This document shows positions 28,404-38,026 of a stretch of 64,000 nucleotides of DNA, piece after piece. The DNA is from an uncultured cyanobacterium (GTDB lineage Bacteria; Cyanobacteriota; Cyanobacteriia; Phormidesmidales; Phormidesmidaceae), in assembly GCA_963793265.1 (NCBI GenBank), contig CAWBZI010000001.1, positions 256,001 through 320,000 of the forward strand, given 5' to 3'. Each line of letters opens with the position of its first letter. The first letter of the stretch is position 1. The notes beneath the pieces were generated by a model. It was given only the letters and a program-made list of their open reading frames with translations, did not search any database and was not told the DNA's origin. Position numbers and translations under genes: made by a program.

Positions 28404-28781
28404 ATGACTCGACGAATTTTGGTAGTTGATGATGACGACTCAATTTTAACGGTTGTTAAGCTGTCGCTGGAGTTCTTGACGGCGTGGGAGGTTACGGCGC
28501 TCAGCTCTGCGACCGCTGCTGTCGCATTCGCCAAATCTGACTGCCCCGACGCGATCATGCTCGATTTGATGATGCCCGAATTAAGCGGCACAGAAGTTCT
28601 TCAGGTATTGCACGCTAATCCTGACACGCAGAATATTCCTATTATCTTTTTAACGGCAAAGGCAGATACGAAGGGGCATCAGTGGCTAAAGAATTTGGGA
28701 GCAGCAGGCGTATTGGTAAAGCCCTTTGAACCAGATGAGATCGCCGATCAGATTAGAGCATTGCTTCACTGGTCGGACTAG
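28404..28781 (+). CDS. Single-domain response regulator (CheY/RcaF-like)
   Basis: ILVVDDD, LDLMMP, FLTA, KPF. Confidence 0.93.
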   Translation: MTRRILVVDDDDSILTVVKLSLEFLTAWEVTALSSATAAVAFAKSDCPDAIMLDLMMPELSGTEVLQVLHANPDTQNIPIIFLTAKADTKGHQWLKNLGAAGVLVKPFEPDEIADQIRALLHWSD

Positions 28782-28883
28782 GTACTGCGTTAGGCAATTG
28801 CCCGCCGCCCACGCTTTCCTCATAGGTTCCTCAGAGTCTTCGGCGATAGTGATTGAGACAACGTTGATAAAAGGAGATTCTCT

Positions 28884-29418
28884 ATGTGGACTGTCGCCGA
28901 TATTATGACCAAGACCGTATTCACAATTCGTAGCTCTGCTAAAGTGCATCAGGCGATCGCACTCATGCAAGAAAAACAGGTGCGATCGCTCGTCGTAGAG
29001 CGAGACGTAGCTGGTGGAGCCTATAACATCATCACTGAGCAAGACATTGTTTATCAGGTGACAGCTACTGGCGGCGATCAGACTAGCACCATGGTGGGCG
29101 AGATTATGCAGCAGCCCTGCACGGTAACCTCGTTAGAGGTTAGCCTGCCAGAGGCGGCTAGAGAAATGTGTGACAAAGGCATACAGCGGATGCCCGTCGT
29201 TGAAGATGACAGAGTAGTCGGCATGATCTCGCTTACCGATATTGTGATGAAAAGCGACGTGGCTTCGGTTGAACTGCCCCAGTAACTTTGCAGATCGCGT
29301 GGAAGCGGCCTTACGCAGCAAACGGCTGCATTGGGATGAAACAGGGTATGTAGATCAAGATAGCAAAATGGCACAGGGCGTTTTGGCTGAACTGAGCGTG
29401 GAATCGCCTGCGCGCTGA
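28884..29418 (+). pseudogene. CBS-domain protein with a CP12-like tail, split by an apparent +1 insertion (CBS ORF as read: 28884-29285)
   Basis: Tandem CBS pair. Removing one C from CCCC at 29277-29280 extends the frame as SNFADRVEAALRSKRLHWDETGYVDQDSKMAQGVLAELSVESPAR* to 29418. Confidence 0.6.
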
Positions 29419-29446
29419 GGGAGCACTAGAGGCTTATGATTAGGTG

Positions 29447-31335
29447 CTACACCTTCGGCAGCGTGAAGCAAAAGGTGCTTCCTTTGCCAGGTTCGCTCTC
29501 TACCCAGAGTCTCGCCGCCGTGCTGCTGCACAATCTGTCTGCAAATGGCCAGTCCTAGCCCGGTGCCGCCTAGCCGTCGCGACTCTCTAGAATCTACCTG
29601 TTGAAAGCGCTCAAAGACGATCTCTTGTTTATCAGCAGGAATGCCGGGGCCGCTGTCTTCAATGCAGATCAAAATGTCTTGCGATCGCTGAGTGGCGCTA
29701 AGTGTAATATCAGAATCAGCAGGCGAAAATTTGATCGCGTTGCTCAGCAAATTAGTCAGCGTTTGCGTAATGCGATCTGAGTCAAGAGAGATTGCTATGT
29801 CAGTAGGTTCAACGACTAGCCGAACGTCTAGCTCCAGAGCCATCGGTTCCATCGCCTCAGCCGCCTGCATCATTAGCGCCGCTAAATTGCAGCTTTGTAG
29901 GGTAATGCCCAAACGGCTCTCGATGCGCTCTAGATCTAGCACGTCATTAATCAGACGACCGAGACGATCAGTGCTTTTAAGGGCGATCGCAACTAGCTCT
30001 TTCTCCTTTGGATTAGCATCTTGCTGACTGCATCATCGACATGAGCTTGAGCGAGCCGTGAATAGAGGTCAGCGGTGTGCGTAGCTCGTGGCTCACCATC
30101 GAGATAAACTCATTTTGAATGCGTTCGTTGGCTTTGCGATCGCTAATATCGTCAGTCAGACCAAAGAATCCTTTTACCTGGCCATCAGCCGCTATATCTG
30201 GAATATAGGTTGCTGCTAAATCGCGAATTTTGTTGTTTAAGAATGTTGCGGTTGATTCGTAGTGAACCGCCTGTCCCGATAGCGCTTTTTCAATATAGGG
30301 CTGTGCCTGCTGATAGTAGCTGTCGCCAATGATTTCTTGTACCCGGCGACCTTCCATCGCTTCTACAGATTGTCCAAACCAGTCGGTGTAGGTTTTATTA
30401 CTAAACCGATAGCGCTGGTCTGCATCTATGTAGCAAATCAGCACGGGCAGTGCGTCTGTAATCAGCCTGAGCTGCAGAGTACGCTGTTCGACCAGCGCTT
30501 CTAAATTGTCGAGTAGCTGGGCCTGGGCGATCGCAACACTCATCTGGTCAGCTAGCTGTTCCATTAGCTCTATTTCAAACGGCTGCCACTCTCGCGCTAT
30601 CCCGTTTTGGCAAGCAACCAGTAGGCCCCAAGGCTGGTTTTGTGCGTAGATAGAAATTTCTAAGCTGGCGCGCATTTGAAACTGTTTCAAAAAATAGCGG
30701 CTGCATAGCGTACAGGGATGCTGCGTGAGATCTTCGACGACGCAAACTTGAGGCCCGGTAGTATCAGGTCTGTCCGGGAGGGTTAAATCAGTAACAGCCC
30801 GGTTGAGTAAAGAAGGCTGAATGTCCGGCAGCGTCGATTCTTCGATCACCTGACCGCCGCTATCACCCTGGCGCTCAATGACGATAACGCGATCGCATTT
30901 CAAAATAGCCTGCACCTCAATCACCGCCCGGCGCAAAATCTCTTTTATCTCTAGCGGTTCTCGAATGCGGCGCGTTACGTTACTAACGAGCTGACTCTGC
31001 TGATGCTGATGCTTTCGCGCTAGCTCGATCTGATGATGCTGGGTAAGCTCAGCAGCGCGATCGACAGCTTGCGCCGCTAATCGCTGATTAGCTTGCCGCA
31101 GCGCCATCGCTAGCTGCTGCCGTCCGTCTGCCTCCTTTCGCAAAGCGTGGTGGGTATGCTGAAGCTGCAAATCTGCCTGGCTCAGTTGCGCTGCCTGGGT
31201 TTTGCTCAGGGTTTGCAGATGTTCTATTTCTTCGAGCAGTTGCCTCTGGCGGATGCTATTTTCTTTTTGCTTCTCAACGGCCATAGTATTATCAAATGTA
31301 TTAGCTGGTATCAAAGCAGCAGATTGATCGGCCAA
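29447..31335 (-). pseudogene. GAF-PAS-HisKA-HATPase sensor kinase interrupted by two single-base insertions (or sequencing errors)
   Basis: SHELRTPLTSI is followed by a shift near 30027 into QQDANPKEKELVAIALKSTDRLGRLINDVLDLERIES. A second shift near 29509 restores WVESEPGKGSTFCFTLPKV* (stop at 29447). Confidence 0.88.
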
Positions 31336-31337
31336 GA

Positions 31338-33197
31338 TTACAACAGTGCAGGCATGGCCGGTGCAGGCATAACCTTGCCCGTTCGTTTTAATCGGTTGAG
31401 CAACCGCGTTGGGAGTTCTATCGCCATCGTCGCTTTACTTATGAAGTCATCGGCACCGACATTGAACGCCTGATGCTGAGTATTCGCGTCATTGTGAACG
31501 CTTAAAAACAAAATGGGTAGCTGCTGCCATCTCTCATCGGCTCGCAGTACCCGGCAAATCTCCAAACCATTAGCCTCGGGCATCTCCACGTCCATTATCA
31601 ACAAATTCGGCTGTACCGACGCTAGCGTATCGAGGAGCTGATTTGGACTCTCTAATGTTGTTGTTTGAAAGCCCCAGGGCGACAGCATAGTTTGCAGCAG
31701 CGCTAGCACCTGCGGGTCGTCGTCTATAGCTACCACCCTGGCACATTTGCTCGCTGCTTTTAATGCTTGCTGAATCGTTTCTATCGCATGATCGGGAGAG
31801 GTTGCCCCTTTGAGAATAGCGTCAGCGCCCTGCTGCACTAGCTGGAGTCTTTGAGAAAAGTCTTGAATGTCGGTAACAACAATCGCCGGTATTTCGCTCG
31901 GCTGTTGAGTAAGCGCGCCTAATAGCTTCACGGCTTCATTAAGGGCATCTGCTTCCACCCACAGCAGCATGCCGGTTAACGCCTGCTTTTTGACCATCGC
32001 CATGGCTTGCTCGTAGCTGGCGGCGATCGCACACTGCATTCCAGCAGCCACTGCCGCCGCTGTTAGCGCTAAGTGCAAAGACTGAGGCGCACCGACCACC
32101 AAGATTTGAGATGTGCTCGCCGTTACCGCTACTCCACCGCCAGTGCTTTGCTTGAATTGCTCACGCAAGTTCTCTACCAGCGCCAAAAAATGAAGCGCTT
32201 GCGGCTGGCTAAAAGAACTCTCTCGCTTGAGCAGTTGCTCTAATTGGTGGGCAATCCGCGAGCCTTCTGCAAAGCCATAGCAGCCCATAGCACCTGATAG
32301 CTTATGCGCTTGTGATTCTCCAGCGGCTCGCAGCTCTGCGCTCAGATGGCCCGCCTCCACTGCCGCTGCAGTCGCCTCTAAAATGCCTACCCTTTCTTGC
32401 ATGGTGTCCTGGTGTCTGCCCCAAGCGGCGGCGATCGCAGCCTGCAGCTCCGGCTTGTTCGGTAGCTTCGACTTCGATTCTGCCAGTGAGCTAGCCGCCG
32501 TGATCGCTTCAGCCGTTTCTGGCGCGATCGCCTTTAGTCGGTAGCCTAGCCCATACACCGTCTCAATAAAATCTTTAGGCGCGCCGCCCGCTTTCAGCTT
32601 TTGGCGCAGTCCTTTTACGTGCGTTCTTACCGCATCACCACCCGGAATATCTTCGAGTGACCAGAGATTATCAATAATCGCATCCAGGCTAAAAACCTGA
32701 CTGGGGTGACGCAAAAACAGCGCTAGCAAGGCATATTCTTTGGGCGTTACGCGCAGCAGCCTATGTTGGCAAAACACCTCAAAAGTGTTGGGATCTACTC
32801 GCAAATCGCCCCGTCGTAGCACAGTATCTAAAACGGGGCTATCTCTCCGTCGCAGCGCTCTAATGCGGGCAAATAGTTCTTCAAAGTTAAAAGGCTTTAC
32901 CACGTAGTCGTCAGCGCCAGCGTTCAGTGCTTCTACCTTCGTTGCGCTATCGTCTTTAGCCGTTAGCATCAAAATGGGGCTGATAATCTTTTGCTTTCGC
33001 AATCGCTGACAAAGCAAAATTCCTCCAATATCGGGCAGTCCCATATCTAGAATAATGAAATCGTAAGCGAAAAGACTCACCCATTCTTCAGCGCACTTGC
33101 CATTGGCAGCAATGTCCACCACGTATCGCTGCTTGACCAGTCGCTCGGCCAAAATATTCATCAAAGCGGCATCGTCATCAACTAGCAGTATGCGCAT
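31338..33197 (-). CDS. Multi-domain response regulator REC-wHTH-Hpt-REC(degenerate)-REC (RcaC-like architecture)
   Basis: MRILLVDDD, GADDYVVKPF, ETVYGLGYRL (OmpR wHTH), AHKLSG (Hpt His), C-terminal REC with MDVEMP and GADDFISK. Confidence 0.9.
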   Translation of the reverse strand: MRILLVDDDAALMNILAERLVKQRYVVDIAANGKCAEEWVSLFAYDFIILDMGLPDIGGILLCQRLRKQKIISPILMLTAKDDSATKVEALNAGADDYVVKPFNFEELFARIRALRRRDSPVLDTVLRRGDLRVDPNTFEVFCQHRLLRVTPKEYALLALFLRHPSQVFSLDAIIDNLWSLEDIPGGDAVRTHVKGLRQKLKAGGAPKDFIETVYGLGYRLKAIAPETAEAITAASSLAESKSKLPNKPELQAAIAAAWGRHQDTMQERVGILEATAAAVEAGHLSAELRAAGESQAHKLSGAMGCYGFAEGSRIAHQLEQLLKRESSFSQPQALHFLALVENLREQFKQSTGGGVAVTASTSQILVVGAPQSLHLALTAAAVAAGMQCAIAASYEQAMAMVKKQALTGMLLWVEADALNEAVKLLGALTQQPSEIPAIVVTDIQDFSQRLQLVQQGADAILKGATSPDHAIETIQQALKAASKCARVVAIDDDPQVLALLQTMLSPWGFQTTTLESPNQLLDTLASVQPNLLIMDVEMPEANGLEICRVLRADERWQQLPILFLSVHNDANTQHQAFNVGADDFISKATMAIELPTRLLNRLKRTGKVMPAPAMPALL

Positions 33198-33233
33198 GTA
33201 GTCCCTATATGAACAGTTGAATGAAATTTGCAA

Positions 33234-33809
33234 CTATTCTTGTAGTGATTGGCCCTGCGGTGACTGGCCCTGTGGTGACTGGTATATTCTGAGAAACTGC
33301 GTGATTGTTTTTAGCGCCTGGTTGATTCCGGTTATAGCAGTAGAAGAAAGCCTTCTGGAAAAGCGAAAGTCTTGTGTGGGCACTTTCATGAGCCAGCTTT
33401 GGGGGCAGGTGTCGTAAATTTGCTGGGTTAACCCCATTAGCTTGCGAGGGCTACACTGACCTGCTTCGACATAAACCGGCTCTGAGTAGGGAGCAACAAC
33501 CGGGCAAATCTGCGCGGTGCAAGCGCGATCGCTCTTGACGCAAGGTTCAACAAAAATAGCGTAGTTTGTCTTGGCTAGCTCCAAAACCAGCGCTGGTGTG
33601 AGTTTATCAACCACAACAGTACGAACCGAACCGAGTTTCCAGCCTGATATAGCCATTGCGATTCGTGGCCCAACAGCAGCATCGCCGTGCAATTCATTGC
33701 CGCAGCAGACAATCAGGAACTTATCCTGACAGTCTTGAGGCAGGCGTCGGGAGATAGGCTGAGCGACTCTTTGAGATAGCTTTTGAGGTGCTGTAGGGGC
33801 GTAGATCAT
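33234..33809 (-). CDS. Degenerate hydrogenase maturation protease-like protein (HoxW/HupD fold)
   Basis: LIVCCGNELHGDAAVG, LTPAL..ELA...AIFVE, SP..L..L...Y...PQSW, F.FS..LS..A. Confidence 0.7.
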   Translation of the reverse strand: MIYAPTAPQKLSQRVAQPISRRLPQDCQDKFLIVCCGNELHGDAAVGPRIAMAISGWKLGSVRTVVVDKLTPALVLELAKTNYAIFVEPCVKSDRACTAQICPVVAPYSEPVYVEAGQCSPRKLMGLTQQIYDTCPQSWLMKVPTQDFRFSRRLSSTAITGINQALKTITQFLRIYQSPQGQSPQGQSLQE

Positions 33810-34014
33810 ATTTGCTTTCCTGTGGTTGCTGCTTGCTACAAGCATAGAGAAAGAATATGAGCATGTTGTGAAGGTGACGACCCTGCAAAAAACAAGTCAT
33901 GCCAACGACTAAAAAGGCAATCCAAACGAGTGCTTACGAATTCTCCAAAGCTTGATTATTTACGCAGCGGCCAGAACCTAAAGGACTAGGCTAATCGATG
34001 AAAATAGAGCCGAT

Positions 34015-35091
34015 TTAATGATGTATTTTGGGACGAATGGCGATAGGGCGGGTCTGCTGACGACGGGGCGTAGGCCACCTGTCTAGAATGTCTTTTACGA
34101 GCAGTTCTTTGATCCATACCTGAGTGACAATCACCATTGGTAGCGCCAGGAATAGGCCCAAAACGCCGAAGAAAACGGCGGCAACGACCTGGGCGATTAG
34201 GGCGATCGCAGGCAGCAAAGACGTTTGCTTTTCCATCACTATCGGCGTCAGTACCGATCCTTCTAGCTGCTGAATGAGAAAGTAAAGGCCGACAACCGCT
34301 AATGCTTTCCAGGGCTGAATCGCCAGCGCCATTAATACAGGTGGAATGATGCTTAAAAGCGGGCCAATATTAGGAATAAAGGTGAGCAGCCCCGCGATAA
34401 TTGCATTTACCATCGGCAGCGGTACGCCGATAATTGCCAGCCCCACGCCGCTAAACACCGTGATCACGGCCATATTAAACAAAATGCCAATGGCCCAGCC
34501 CGACAGCGCCTCTTCACACTCATCGAGAATGGCATCGGCCCTGACGCGATAGAACTTAGGAAACGCTAAAATAACCATTTTGCGGTAGCTCTCTGGGTTG
34601 CTGAGCAGCATGATGGTCACCACCGTCACCAGCAGCAAATTGATGATGAAGTCTAAAGAGCCAGTGAACAGCGCCAGCAGGCGACCAAGCCAGGTTGGGC
34701 TGAACTGAGTGAGCTGTGGCAGCAGTTCGGTGAGCCTGGTGCCTGCAAGCGGATCGCCCGGCACAATGCCCCGCACTCGCTGATACCACATCTGAATTTG
34801 ACCGAATCCTTGCTCTGAAAGAAATGTGTACTCAGGAAGCTGATCGGCAATGGCAGGGGCAACAAACCAGACGGTCAGTGAGAGCAGTGAAATGATAGCG
34901 GTCAGGGCGATCGCAACCGCTATTCCTCTAGGCACAGGCACGGGCAACCGGCGAATCAGATTGACAATTCGGTTGATAGCTGTTGCAAATACCACCGCTG
35001 CAAACACAAGCAACAATACCTGCCTAATCTGCCAAAGCAGCAGCAGCACCGCAACAACCGCGATTACGCCTACCAATTTACCGAACTTCAC
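34015..35091 (-). CDS. AI-2E family (PerM) transporter
   Basis: FIPNIGP, QQLEGSVLTP, GVLGLFLALP. Confidence 0.92.
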   Translation of the reverse strand: MKFGKLVGVIAVVAVLLLLWQIRQVLLLVFAAVVFATAINRIVNLIRRLPVPVPRGIAVAIALTAIISLLSLTVWFVAPAIADQLPEYTFLSEQGFGQIQMWYQRVRGIVPGDPLAGTRLTELLPQLTQFSPTWLGRLLALFTGSLDFIINLLLVTVVTIMLLSNPESYRKMVILAFPKFYRVRADAILDECEEALSGWAIGILFNMAVITVFSGVGLAIIGVPLPMVNAIIAGLLTFIPNIGPLLSIIPPVLMALAIQPWKALAVVGLYFLIQQLEGSVLTPIVMEKQTSLLPAIALIAQVVAAVFFGVLGLFLALPMVIVTQVWIKELLVKDILDRWPTPRRQQTRPIAIRPKIHH

Positions 35092-35258
35092 ACAATTTCT
35101 CCATTAGCCGCTTTCTCCGTTAGCCTCAGAACAGCCCCTAAGTAAGGAGACTCATAACCAAAGTGACAGAGGCTATATCCTAAAGATCAGCGTAAGAGTC
35201 TAGGCAGCGTTGAAGCCTCTACCTAAAGCAATGGATACTCGGCAGTCCTGATTGCACT

Positions 35259-35283
35259 GAGGCGTAAAGCCTTACGCCCCTAC
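35259..35283 (-). repeat. GTAG-type REP-like hairpin (GTAGGGGCGTAAGGCTTTACGCCTC)
   Basis: Imperfect palindrome preceded by GTAG; related copies at 44701 and 53564. Confidence 0.65.
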
Positions 35284-35933
35284 ACCATAATCTGCGCCAT
35301 ACTCGTCACCATCACAATCTCATCCTTTTGGGTTCTTGGATGAACACTACTGTTATGAACACCCTCAGAGACGCTTTCAAATCGCCAGCCTAATCTCGCC
35401 TGATAGTCATTCATCATCGTCAAAAAGCCAAGACCAGAGGTAGGTGCCACATCTGTTATCGTATTGGCCTCAAGCCTACGGAAGTAAAGCTCTTTGGTAT
35501 CGACCCCCAGCAGGGTATGAATAAACGTTTGAAAGCTCTCGGCGCGCTGTTTGTCTATGCTATTAGAAGCAAACATAACAGCAACTAGCTTGGGCTCCTT
35601 TAAAAAATGAATGCCTAGCTTAACGGTCGGCTGAGCGCTATTCAGGTTGAACTTAACGGCGTTTTCTAGCAGCTCATTAGCCACATAGCCAATCGCGCCT
35701 TTTAAGTCCTGAATTCGCTGCTGGTGAGTCTCTTGCTCACGCGCTTGTTCGCTGCCGGGGTAAGGCAAAAAGTTAGTGCAGTATTCAGCGACGAAGTTAG
35801 CAGATAAAAGGTTGTTGCGCCATCGACGCGGATCGCAAGCAGAAACAACAGCAGTAGGCGGTGAAAAGCTGAGTTCTAAAGCATCGCATCTGGGAGGAAA
35901 CCTCTCAATAAAATCGCCTAAGATCTTGACCAT
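35280..35933 (-). CDS. SiaB-like / Slr1658-type ATP-binding regulator (GHKL-like Ser/Thr kinase)
   Basis: WRNNLLSANFVAEY, ANELLENAVKF (N-box), SGLGFLTMMNDY (G-box); no phospho-His dimerisation domain. Confidence 0.75.
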   Translation of the reverse strand: MVKILGDFIERFPPRCDALELSFSPPTAVVSACDPRRWRNNLLSANFVAEYCTNFLPYPGSEQAREQETHQQRIQDLKGAIGYVANELLENAVKFNLNSAQPTVKLGIHFLKEPKLVAVMFASNSIDKQRAESFQTFIHTLLGVDTKELYFRRLEANTITDVAPTSGLGFLTMMNDYQARLGWRFESVSEGVHNSSVHPRTQKDEIVMVTSMAQIMV

Positions 35934-36013
35934 AAAACGCTTGCCTTAGAAGTAGCTAGTTTAGAAGAATGTGTTTAGATGACTGACGTCATAGTACTGA
36001 AAGAACGCAGCAG

Positions 36014-38026
36014 CTAGGGACATTTGATCACCAACAGAGTGATATCATCGCATATTTCTCGATGCTCTATAAACTGTTGAAAATCGTTAATAACGCGCTG
36101 TTTGGTAGCTTCGGCGCTGCCCTGCCAGTGATGTGCGATCGCCTCACACAGTCGATCTAACCCATACTGTTGATTATTAGCGCCATACGCCTCTGTAATG
36201 CCATCGGTATAAAGGACAATACCGTCTCCTGAATCAAGCCGCAGCGATGTTTGGTTAATAAACTGAGCGATATCGTCAACCAGGCCAATTGGCAACCCTA
36301 AATCTATCGTATCAATCCGCTCTACCACGCCGCCATTACGAACAATTAAGACCTCTTCATGCTGGCCGCTAATGCTCACGAATCCCTCTAGATAAGTCAG
36401 AATAGAGAGCGTTATGTTCTTTTCAGAATCCATCCGCTGCACGTTTTGATAAAAGGTGCGATTCAGCGTTTCTAAAAAGACAGCCGGGCTGCGCTCTTTT
36501 GTCTCTTGTAGCGTACGGACAGCAGTTTGGGCCATTAGCATCAGCAGGCCGCTCTCTAAGCCATGCCCGCTAACATCGCCAATCGCAATCGTCACCATCT
36601 CATCGGTTTGCAAAACGTCGTAATAGTCGCCGCCCATTTCAGTGGCAGGCTCCATAAAAGCCGCAATATCCAATGTTTTTATCTGCGCTAGCTCTAGCGG
36701 CTTAGGCAATATCATCTGCTGCACCTGACGCGCCACCTCAAGCTGCGCGCTCATCCGAATATTGTCGGTTTGAAGAGAATGATTTAGCTTTGTAATTTCA
36801 AGATTAGCCGCGCTCAAAGCGGCTTCAGCCTGCTCTAGCTCCCAGCTATACTGCACGATATTAGACACCTCACCCAGCATCTCAATCACAACCTGAGAAG
36901 CCGCAATCGGATCTTCTTCCATCCCTAACCAGGGCAGAGGCTTGATCGGGTTGCGGCTACTGTGAATAATTTTGAACTGTTCATTAGGCTGAATTTGACC
37001 AATCCGGCAGTCTTTACGGAGGTGGTGGTTCGGCTCGCAGTAAACCGGCCCACCGGGCGCATCCCAGATCAGGTGATAGGCCGCCTGCCTGAGCGCGTCA
37101 GTTTCAATTGTTTGCGCGAGTGTAGCGGCCCGATGCCACAAATAAACCTGAGTATAGGCTGCTTCAATCGGGTCGCTAGTCACGCGATCTGGGCCGTATC
37201 GATGCTTAAAGCGAGCCACGAACGCTTCATTCTCAACCGTATTCAAGCTCTGAAAGTAGCTCCAGCAGGCGTAATGACCCACAGCGGCTTTACCAACCTG
37301 CTGCAAACCGACCTCTGCTAGGCTCATTGCCATAATTGGCATTTCGTCAGCGCTGATACCCGCTGCCTGGGCCTGCTGATAAAAAGAGAGATTGCTATCG
37401 CCATTAACCGTACTGAAAATAGCATCGGGCTGCACCTGCAAAATGCGCTCGATAATGGGCTCAAAGTCCTGTCCGCCTAGCGGTATGTAGGCTTCACCGA
37501 CAACCGTGCATGCGACAAGGCTGCCAGCGTACTTAAGCCGACTTTTGATAACTTTGTTCGCCACCCTCGGAAACACATAGTCGGAGCCCACCAAATAAAA
37601 GCTGCGTTTGCCCTGACTCAGCAGCCAGTCTAGGGCAGGCTCAATCTGTTGATTGAGGCACATGCCCGTGTAAAAGACGCACCGAGATTCTTCTAACCCC
37701 TCATACTGAACGGGGTACCACAGCAGCGTATTGCTTGCCTCAAACAGGGGAACAACCGCTTTGCGGCTCAGCGATGTCCAGCAGCCAAAAACAGTCGCAA
37801 CCCGATCAGCTTCAGTGAGCTGCCGGGCCATTGAGACAGACTGTTGCACTGTAGAGGCGCTGTCTTTTACAATCGGCACTATTTTATGGCCTAGCAGCCC
37901 GCCTGCGGCGTTGATTTCAGAAATCGCCATTAAGGCCGCCTCTACCAGCGGAGCCTCGCTAAAGGCCATGGTGCCGGTCAGCGAATGTAGAATGCCAACT
38001 TTGATCCCATCAGCTAATGAGGCCAA
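36014..38026 (-). CDS. UrtA/AmiC-like ligand-binding domain fused to a SpoIIE/PP2C phosphatase
   Basis: IKVGILHSLTGTMA.SE, FGCWTS.SRKAV.P, YPVQYEGLE, GSDYVFPR; C-terminal GGDYYD, IGDVSGHG, LYTDGITEA, DDITL. No signal peptide or TM. Start uncertain (TTG 38026, or 38083 per track). Confidence 0.88.
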   Translation of the reverse strand: MASLADGIKVGILHSLTGTMAFSEAPLVEAALMAISEINAAGGLLGHKIVPIVKDSASTVQQSVSMARQLTEADRVATVFGCWTSLSRKAVVPLFEASNTLLWYPVQYEGLEESRCVFYTGMCLNQQIEPALDWLLSQGKRSFYLVGSDYVFPRVANKVIKSRLKYAGSLVACTVVGEAYIPLGGQDFEPIIERILQVQPDAIFSTVNGDSNLSFYQQAQAAGISADEMPIMAMSLAEVGLQQVGKAAVGHYACWSYFQSLNTVENEAFVARFKHRYGPDRVTSDPIEAAYTQVYLWHRAATLAQTIETDALRQAAYHLIWDAPGGPVYCEPNHHLRKDCRIGQIQPNEQFKIIHSSRNPIKPLPWLGMEEDPIAASQVVIEMLGEVSNIVQYSWELEQAEAALSAANLEITKLNHSLQTDNIRMSAQLEVARQVQQMILPKPLELAQIKTLDIAAFMEPATEMGGDYYDVLQTDEMVTIAIGDVSGHGLESGLLMLMAQTAVRTLQETKERSPAVFLETLNRTFYQNVQRMDSEKNITLSILTYLEGFVSISGQHEEVLIVRNGGVVERIDTIDLGLPIGLVDDIAQFINQTSLRLDSGDGIVLYTDGITEAYGANNQQYGLDRLCEAIAHHWQGSAEATKQRVINDFQQFIEHREICDDITLLVIKCP

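Noticed and set aside
29355..29942. Stand-alone HATPase gene
   Set aside because: It is the middle segment of the frameshifted kinase at 29447-31335.
29277..30030. Programmed ribosomal frameshifting
   Set aside because: No slippery heptamer or stimulatory structure is evident, and three events across two opposite-strand genes fit error or decay better.
36850..38026. Urea ABC transporter urtA
   Set aside because: No export signal, fused to a phosphatase, and no urtBCDE in the window.
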